Source of the DNA: Waddliaceae bacterium
GTDB taxonomy: Bacteria > Chlamydiota > Chlamydiia > Chlamydiales > SLFE01
Direction of reading: 5' to 3'
DNA length: 64,000 nucleotides
Assembly: GCA_963771045.1 (NCBI GenBank)
Contig: CAVYRW010000004.1
Coordinates: forward strand, 1,760,001-1,824,000
Part shown: positions 57,462 through 64,000 of the stretch, one piece after another
Position numbering within the stretch: position 1 is the first letter of the stretch
Layout of the letters: each line of letters opens with the position of its first letter
Made by a program: the position numbers and the translations under genes
The notes under the pieces: generated by a model
What the model was told of the DNA's origin: nothing
What the model saw: only the letters and a program-made list of their open reading frames with translations
Database searches by the model: none

Positions 57462-57907
57462 AGCTCCTCCTCGATGTTCTCTGCAGGGATCAGACCGAAT
57501 TCTTCATAACGCGAGTCAAAGCTATCCTCATGGGGACAAAAGACAAAGTAGAGTCCCTTAGGTATGACCTGCTCAGGTATGGGATGCAGATCAAACCCGG
57601 AGAGAGATTTGTCTTTAGCTATCGCAATCTGACTTCCATTGATCGAGATTTTTCCCTCTTTATGGGTGATGCGGTCGCCGGGAACACCGATAACCTGCTT
57701 TGATAGCCTTGAATCATAATTGGGATGCGAGAGTGTGACAAAGCTATCTTTTTTCATCTCGTGGAGGGGTTTGCTCAGGAGGAGGGTATAGGCATGACTT
57801 GGAGTTAAATTGATCCTGATGGAATAGGGGCTAAAAATAAGAAAAACAATGAGAGCTAGTAGAGCCGAGGATATAAAAAAAAAGCGGTTTGCTTTTCTGT
57901 CCGTCAC
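57446..57907 (-). CDS. Conjugative S26 signal peptidase (TrhF-like)
   Basis: INLTPS, K.VIGVPGD, H.DSFDSRY..FGLI. Confidence 0.88.
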   Translation of the reverse strand: MTDRKANRFFFISSALLALIVFLIFSPYSIRINLTPSHAYTLLLSKPLHEMKKDSFVTLSHPNYDSRLSKQVIGVPGDRITHKEGKISINGSQIAIAKDKSLSGFDLHPIPEQVIPKGLYFVFCPHEDSFDSRYEEFGLIPAENIEEELWPVL

Positions 57908-60362
57908 TTTCTTCTCTCCAGCATGATTTTTAAGGCCTCAATAGTCGATTTGCCCTGTTCTTTGAGGGCTTGCAGATCGGCATAATCTTCTGCTATTGTG
58001 CTATAGAGAAGCTTGGAAAAGGGATCCAATATTGTTCTGGCTATCGAATATCCGCCGTGGGCATCGCAGATCATTACTTCGGAATATTCTGTCCCTTTCT
58101 TGATTACGGTTTCTAAGGCTCTCCGCTTATTCTCGTCGAAAATGTCCATATCAACAGCTTTTTTCAATGAACTCGGTTTCTGTTTGAGAAGGCACATCCA
58201 GTCTGAATTATCATAAGCGGCCTTAGCGCCCGTACTCTTGAAAAAGTCTTCTAGACTTTGGGTTCCTATGACGAGGGATCCTCGGTATTTTCTTAGGCGC
58301 CTGGCAAGCGTTTCGATGAAGGGGCCTGTCTGCTCCCCTTTCAGAAGATCCCAGGCTTCGTCGATGCAAATGAATGTAGGTGTCTTTCGATCACCCATGA
58401 AAACACGGTTGCTGATCTCCATAATGAAAATCTGGAGAATGACCGATTGGAGGTCTTTTCTTCCTTTGAGTTCCTCTAGCTCTATGAGAACCATATTTTC
58501 ATTAAAGTTAACGTTTGAATCACCATCGAAGTAATGGCCGTAATTGCCGTTTTTCATATAAGGCGTTAGCATTGTTCCGAGGCTGTAGGCCTCTTTTTCC
58601 TTTTCATTGAGGAGAATATTACCAACATCTGTGATCTGAGCTTTTCTCCCCTTTTCTTCCCAGGCTCTGGCTATGGCCATTTCAATAAAGGCATTTTGAT
58701 AATCTGTTGTCCCCTCTGATGGGGCAGCCATACAAGAAATGATCGATTTTATCCCGCTGAAGGCAACTAACCTCTCTTCAGGATCGTTGGGTATGTTGGT
58801 AAAGGGATTTAGGCAAAGGGTTGTTCCTTTGTTGAACTCGATTTTTTGGCCTCCAATAACATCGCAAAGTTTTTCAAAGCTTCGACCGACATCAAGGACG
58901 TAAACCTTGGCGCCTGTCCCCAGGCCATTCATCATAAGTTCTTGCATGAAGACGGACTTTCCCGAACCGCTGTCTCCGACGACAATTGTGTTGAAGTTCC
59001 CTGTTCCGTCGAAGGGATTGAAATTGAGGATCTGTCCCCTCCTCCCGAGAAGAATGGTTCCGGGATTGTGAGTCCCCATCCATTCCCCTTGCATAGGTAT
59101 GAATGAGGGAGTTTCCGGGGAAAGGGTTGTTCTGAGCAAATTCAAGTCTTTTAAGTCCTGAGAGTATTCAGCTCATGTCATGGGGAGGATGGACAGGAAT
59201 TGAGGGAGGTGAATGAAGGTATTTTCGGCTAAGCGAAATTCGTTAGCCCTGTATATGCTTCGAATGACCTGCTCAATGTTTTCGACATTTTGAGGAGTCG
59301 ACCAAAAACCTGTCGATAGTTCGGTTGTGACGAATTTGGCTCCTTCCTTAAGTGAGTGACGAATATGATCGCATTCATTGATTTCATCTTTGAGCGAGGT
59401 GATCATACGACAGAGGGCGGCTGACTGTCCTTGCTTTTCTATAAGCTGGCTTCTTCTCCAGTGCCTTCCCTCTTCTACAGACTGCTTGGGACAGTGGATT
59501 CCGTAGTGGATGTAAAAAGGGGTGTTGATTCGGTAGTTGTCATTGATGAAGTCCCCTATCAGATTCCCCATAAGGTTTAAATGCCAATAGTCGGGATAAT
59601 CGACGGCCCTAAAGCTTTTAAAGACTGCGGAAGACTCTTTTTCCCAGATGAGGCGTCTGCTTCAACTGTCATATTACCACCCGTTGTCAGCTGGGATGAA
59701 AGGCTCTGAAGGGGATTCCATTTTTTTCTCACAGGGAAGGGAGAAAGATCAAAATCAACCAAAGATCCAACATTGTCTAGAAAATCTTGCGCCCTCCAGC
59801 TTTGAGCATGAGAGAGCATTTTCAAGACTTTCAAGGCCTTATTCTTTTTATTTTTGACCCTGTCTGCAAGATTTGAGCTATATTTCCCTTTCATGCTGAA
59901 GGAGAAGAAAAATCGGAAGATCCTTGGACTCGTCAGCTGGGTTTCATTGAAAAACTTGGCCCTCTGTTTGATGAATTCATAGAAGATATCCCCATGTTTT
60001 GCTCTGATCTGGGCATGAGATTTCAGATAGTGATTGATCCTGTGGTCTGCAAAAAGAAGGCACTGGATTGAAGATCCTTCTTCAAGGGTCTCTTCAAAAA
60101 GCCCTTTAAATTCCCTCTGGGCCGTCTCGTCCCCTCCAACCAGTGGTGGCATCTCAATCGTGAATCCAAGACTATCATCGTTGATGAATAAGCCGCTTTC
60201 CTCATCGTAGGACTGGTAAGGTAAGATCGAAGCAAGAGTGTCGAAGGAAAAGACGCTTTCTTTGATCTCGGGCCTTTTGAGAAGCGATTCCTTGATTCCC
60301 ACGTCGGGGTCACCAAAGAATCCGGCAATTCTCCTCCCCGCTTTGCTCAAACTGTCAATCAT
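57904..60362 (-). pseudogene. traC: TraC (VirB4-like ATPase), fragmented
   Basis: GDSGSGKSVFMQ, VLDVGRSF, IDEAWDLL, ARRLRKY.G. Frameshift near 59650 and in-frame TGA at 59173-59175 (PMT*AEY). Confidence 0.9.
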
Positions 60363-60714
60363 GGACTACACTCCCCTCCCCCACAGGTTTCTTGAAAGTA
60401 GATGTAGTGTCCATCTGTTTTGGAACACCCAAACTCCTCCCCTTCAACCCATACTCGTTTGAGTATGGCATTACTTCCCACTCTCCCGGGATGAGTCCGG
60501 CACCGCCTTTCTTTGCAGTCTGTGCAAGAGGTTCTGGGGATTTTACCGAGAAAAATGTCTGGGCCCCCTTCCGGGGTTTCAATGATCATGCTTTGAATTT
60601 CGGATACAGAGGTGCAGGGAACACCCTCCCGGGTGGGCAGTCAAATTGAGTCTTGTATGCTTGGCAAGAACAAAGCACAATTGGTATCAAAAGCAGGAGT
60701 TTTCTAGCGTTCAT
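60359..60714 (-). pseudogene. traV: TraV lipoprotein, frameshifted
   Basis: MNARKLLLLIPIVLCSC lipobox, FDCPPG/GVPCTSVSEI across a shift near 60628, C-terminal RVWV...GHYIYF. Confidence 0.75.
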
Positions 60715-60909
60715 GGGCCTCCAGGGAATAGAATGCCTCATTTGTTTCCAAATAGGACTCTTCATCCTCAGGATCTATATGTCAATCACGACTATTGATG
60801 TCTACATATATTTGTGCGTATATGTATATTTTTGTTGTTTTTATATTTTTATCTAATGAAATATGTCTCTCACTGTCGTAGGAGAAGTGACCATCTACCA
60901 ATAAAAGAA

Positions 60910-62542
60910 GTATCCGTTCACGGGGTAACTCTAGGAACGGCTACCGCCTCGCGCGCTACCCCACAAAAATAATAAAAATTTTATACGGCATAAAATAAGA
61001 TTTTTATTATTATTCTGGTTGTTCAAAACCACTTTATAACATGAAGCCAACCTACGAAGAACTCTTTGAAAAGCTGAATAAAGCCTTGGAGGAAATTGAA
61101 ATCCTCAAAAAGGAAAACCAGGCACTCAAGGCAAAAGTTAAGGAGCTCGAAGATAAACTCAACACCAACTCTTCGAATAGCTCTAAGCCCCCCTCGCAAG
61201 ATCCTTTCAGAGCTCAAAGAAAGAAGGAACCTACGGGGCGTAAACAGGGAGCACAAAAAGGTCATAAGGGCCACCCCCGTCAACTAGTTCCAATTAATCA
61301 GGTGCAGTCGCTGCATAACATAAAGCCGGACACTTGTCCGAACTGCCACTCCCACTCGTTTAATTCGGAGGTGGTCAGAACGGATGTACGACAAGTAGTG
61401 GAATTACCGGACGCTCCTCCGGAAGTTACTCAATACAACATTCACACCTGTCAGTGTAGCGGATGTGGTAAGCATGTAAAGGCTGATATTCCCGAAGAAG
61501 CGCGATTTGGTTTTGGTCCCCGATTAATGGGTTTCGTCACTTCTCTTTCAGGAGAGTTTAGATTATCCAAACGTCAAGTCTGTGCTCTAATGGGCAGACT
61601 CAATATTCGGATATGTTCCGGCAGCGTGTGTAAAATCCATGTCCGAGCTAGTCAGATTTTAAAAGCACCATACGAAGAAATTAGGACACACACTCTAAAT
61701 GAAGAACATATTTATGCCGATGAAACGAGTTGGAAAACGATGTCGGAAAAGAGATGGATTTGGGTCGGAAGCGGCAAGGAAACTGTGTTTTTCGCAATCA
61801 AGGCTTCACGCAGCAACAAGGCATTCCGCGAGATCTTTGGTTCTTTCAAAGGGGGTTTAACAACCGATCGCTATAATGCCTATAATTCGCATGAAGGTCT
61901 GCGACAACTTTGCTGGTCGCATGCAGATAGAGATTTTGAAAAGATTGCAGGCAGGGATGGATTTGATAAATGGATCGGGGAACGGTTGTTAGAGTGTAAA
62001 AAGTCGATATTCAATCTTTGGCATAGCTACAAAAACGGTGAGATTGCAAGGGACGAACTGATCGAGAAGATCGAAATAGGCCCAAAAGAAGATTTGAAAG
62101 TCCTCCTCAAAGCTGGTGCAATTCACAAAGAATGTTGCAATAAAACGAGGTCGACTTGCGCTGATTTTTTTGGACGGTTCGAGATGTTATGGGTATTTGC
62201 CTATCATGAGAATATCGAACCGACTAACAATACAGCCGAGCAACGTCTTAGAGGCGGAGTCATTTGGAGGAAGCTATGCTTTGGCTCACAATCAGAAGAA
62301 GGTGAGCGATTTGTCGAACGGGTGTTAACAGTTGGTATGACATTGAAGTTACGTGCTCAAAATTCGTTCGATTATTTTACCGAATGTTTTAAAGCATACA
62401 TTCATGGCGGACAAGCGCCGCCGATATTTTCAAAATAGAAAACGGTTTCCTACGACACAAATTCACGAGGTAGTTCTCGGTTAACAAAACGTGTTAGAAG
62501 TTTACGACTCCCCCTGGGGGGGGTACCCCCGTGAACAGATGC
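60910..62542 (+). mobile_element. IS66-family single-ORF element (ISBst12-like)
   Basis: TIRs GTATCCGTTCACGGGG and (reverse complement) GCATCTGTTCACGGGG; no TSD seen. Confidence 0.85.
61041..62438 (+). CDS. IS66-family transposase
   Basis: NSSNSSKPPSQD, G.QKGHKG, CPNC...C..CG, ADETSW, QLCWSH..R, PTNNTAE..LR. Confidence 0.92.
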   Translation: MKPTYEELFEKLNKALEEIEILKKENQALKAKVKELEDKLNTNSSNSSKPPSQDPFRAQRKKEPTGRKQGAQKGHKGHPRQLVPINQVQSLHNIKPDTCPNCHSHSFNSEVVRTDVRQVVELPDAPPEVTQYNIHTCQCSGCGKHVKADIPEEARFGFGPRLMGFVTSLSGEFRLSKRQVCALMGRLNIRICSGSVCKIHVRASQILKAPYEEIRTHTLNEEHIYADETSWKTMSEKRWIWVGSGKETVFFAIKASRSNKAFREIFGSFKGGLTTDRYNAYNSHEGLRQLCWSHADRDFEKIAGRDGFDKWIGERLLECKKSIFNLWHSYKNGEIARDELIEKIEIGPKEDLKVLLKAGAIHKECCNKTRSTCADFFGRFEMLWVFAYHENIEPTNNTAEQRLRGGVIWRKLCFGSQSEEGERFVERVLTVGMTLKLRAQNSFDYFTECFKAYIHGGQAPPIFSK

Positions 62543-62771
62543 AAATTTATGAAAATATTCGTGATAGAACACTAGAGGAAAATACCCTAATCTTGTAATA
62601 TAACCTTCATGAACAGAGCTATGGCCTTGAGCGGATTTCACACCCATCATAAAATATCACGGGTGAAAAAACCCCGCCGCGAAAAAAAAGTCGACAAAAC
62701 GGCGAAAAACCATTTCAAGAATCGCCAAAGGGTGGAGCCAAGGTCTCGGCAATCTCTTTTGGCTCGCGTTT

Positions 62772-63293
62772 TTAAATGTCTACTGCCCTGCTTTCCTTCT
62801 TGACTTGATCCAGCAGAGCCTTCCCGTCGCTAGAGAGCTCGGGATTGGCAACAGCCTTATTTTTGAGGAGAAGTTTTATCAGTGCCACATTTTTGGTTTT
62901 TTCAACAGCGGCCCAAAGGGGTGTCGCCTCAGCAGGAACGCTGATACAGCCATCGCATTCCTCAGACGTTGCTAGGTTGATATCGGCGCCTAGCTCGACC
63001 AGCACTTGAGCTGCGCGATATCCGCAACCAACGTCGGTACAAAGAGAAGCGCAAAACAGGGGCGTCCATCCAAATTTATTGCCTAAATTCAGAATTTTTT
63101 CCCTTCCTTTCCCTGCGATATGGCGTACCAACTGGGGATTGCCGTTGTATGCCGCAGTTCCAAGAGCAGTCCATCCGCAATTTCCTCCATGACTAAAAGA
63201 GTAGCCGGGAAACATTCTTACAAATTGATCGAAGTCCTTCGGGCAAATTTTTCCTGTTATGTGCTGACAAATCAAAGCAGCATGATTATTCAT
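62772..63293 (-). CDS. Ankyrin-repeat protein
   Basis: GWTALGTAAYNG, GWTPLFCA, LVELGADIN, TPLWAA; AGGAG RBS. Confidence 0.8.
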   Translation of the reverse strand: MNNHAALICQHITGKICPKDFDQFVRMFPGYSFSHGGNCGWTALGTAAYNGNPQLVRHIAGKGREKILNLGNKFGWTPLFCASLCTDVGCGYRAAQVLVELGADINLATSEECDGCISVPAEATPLWAAVEKTKNVALIKLLLKNKAVANPELSSDGKALLDQVKKESRAVDI

Positions 63294-63306
63294 ATATGAT
63301 CTCCTC

Positions 63307-64000
63307 TTAAGATTCTTTCACCCTCTCCCAGGCTTTGTGGTAAAGCAGGATATGATCCCCCACGTCTTCAAGAGGCTGAAGTTTTTCGAAAATGCTCTGG
63401 GAAGGGAAAATTCCGATTAATTTCAGTGTTTTTTCAGGTAAAAGCGGGTAGGCCGCTTTGTTGGGGATTCTTTCAAAAATACGCTTCATATTCTTAGCGG
63501 CCACTTCGGGCTGATAGAGAAAATTCATGAACTCATAGGCCAGGTCACTATCCTGCGCTCCTTTTGGTATGGCCATCTGATCGTAGGAGATAATCGAACC
63601 TTCTTTGGGAAAACTGAAGGCCACATCGAGATTTTCCTCGGCAACCTGCATCAAATCGCTGCTGTATCCCTGAACTATCAGAAACTCTGCCGTCGCGATC
63701 CCGTTTTTGTACTGCTCGTTTTCGAATTTGGCGATGTTTTTCTTCCATTTGATTAAAAGATCTGCTGCTTGTTCGATCTCGCTTTCGTTTATGGTATTCG
63801 GACTAAAGCCTAAAGTGATCAGCGCTATGCCAAGCGTTTCCCTTTCATCGTTCAGAAGTGTCATCCGCCCCCGGTACCGGCTGTTTCCATAGACTGTCCA
63901 GGAAGGCTGAAAGTCTTTGATGCGGTCTTGCCGATAGCCCAAACCGGTATAGGAAACGGCAAAAGGCACGCTGTATTGGAGCAGCGATTTTTCGATAGGC
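63307..64000 (-). CDS. potD: Spermidine/putrescine ABC transporter substrate-binding protein (5' end outside the window)
   Basis: LLNDERE..G.AL..LG.S.N, QGYSSD, FPKEG....D.MAIPKGA....AYEFMNFL..PE. Confidence 0.85.
   Translation of the reverse strand, partial: PIEKSLLQYSVPFAVSYTGLGYRQDRIKDFQPSWTVYGNSRYRGRMTLLNDERETLGIALITLGFSPNTINESEIEQAADLLIKWKKNIAKFENEQYKNGIATAEFLIVQGYSSDLMQVAEENLDVAFSFPKEGSIISYDQMAIPKGAQDSDLAYEFMNFLYQPEVAAKNMKRIFERIPNKAAYPLLPEKTLKLIGIFPSQSIFEKLQPLEDVGDHILLYHKAWERVKES

Noticed and set aside
60715..60909. oriT or traB remnant upstream of traV
   Set aside because: AT-rich low-complexity sequence with no convincing nic-site hairpin or TraB motif.
50453..62542. Composite transposon formed by the two IS66 elements
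   Set aside because: The two elements have different TIRs and organisation, and the outer flanks share no duplication.
1..64000. CRISPR array, tRNA, rRNA, integrase or integron
   Set aside because: No regularly spaced repeat-spacer array, cloverleaf/T-loop signature, rRNA or recombinase motif seen by eye. A tRNAscan/Infernal run would be needed to exclude them formally.

Overview
Chromosomal window of an environmental member of the Chlamydiae. The lineage is inferred from conserved chlamydial gene blocks: cdsZ-rnpB, glyA-clpP-dapF-UPF0158, plsX-rpmF-yceD/rne-plsB-ptr, and glmS-glmM/pcnB-...-lpxB. Left to right: (1) a Wsp-type chemosensory operon (CheW, CheR-TPR, CheW, CheA) whose CheA is broken by an in-frame TGA. 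(2) A three-gene arginine-succinyltransferase-like operon. (3) An AT-rich tandem trio of small paralogous unknown genes, followed by a 195-bp MITE with perfect TIRs and a 9-bp TSD. (4) ABC-F and TrmH genes whose stop codons overlap a palindromic repeat family. (5) A divergent cluster of three glycosyltransferase genes with signal-peptide-like N-termini, one a three-GT-domain plus sulfotransferase-like fusion. (6) RNase P RNA and housekeeping genes. (7) Candidate effectors (BTB/LRR, LRR, Sel1, ankyrin, secreted kinase-like). (8) An intact IS4 element inside a Sel1 gene. (9) From about 49.6 kb, a decaying island: higBA with a dead toxin, two IS66-family elements, an AAA-ATPase/nuclease gene with paired operator-like sites, and an F-type tra remnant. 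Single-base frameshifts in clpP and dapF suggest some assembly indel error, so indel-only pseudogene calls are uncertain. No tRNA, rRNA, CRISPR array or integrase was seen. The best candidates for an undescribed system are the exported glycosyltransferase/sulfotransferase cluster and the small paralog trio. All calls come from motif reading, not database searches.
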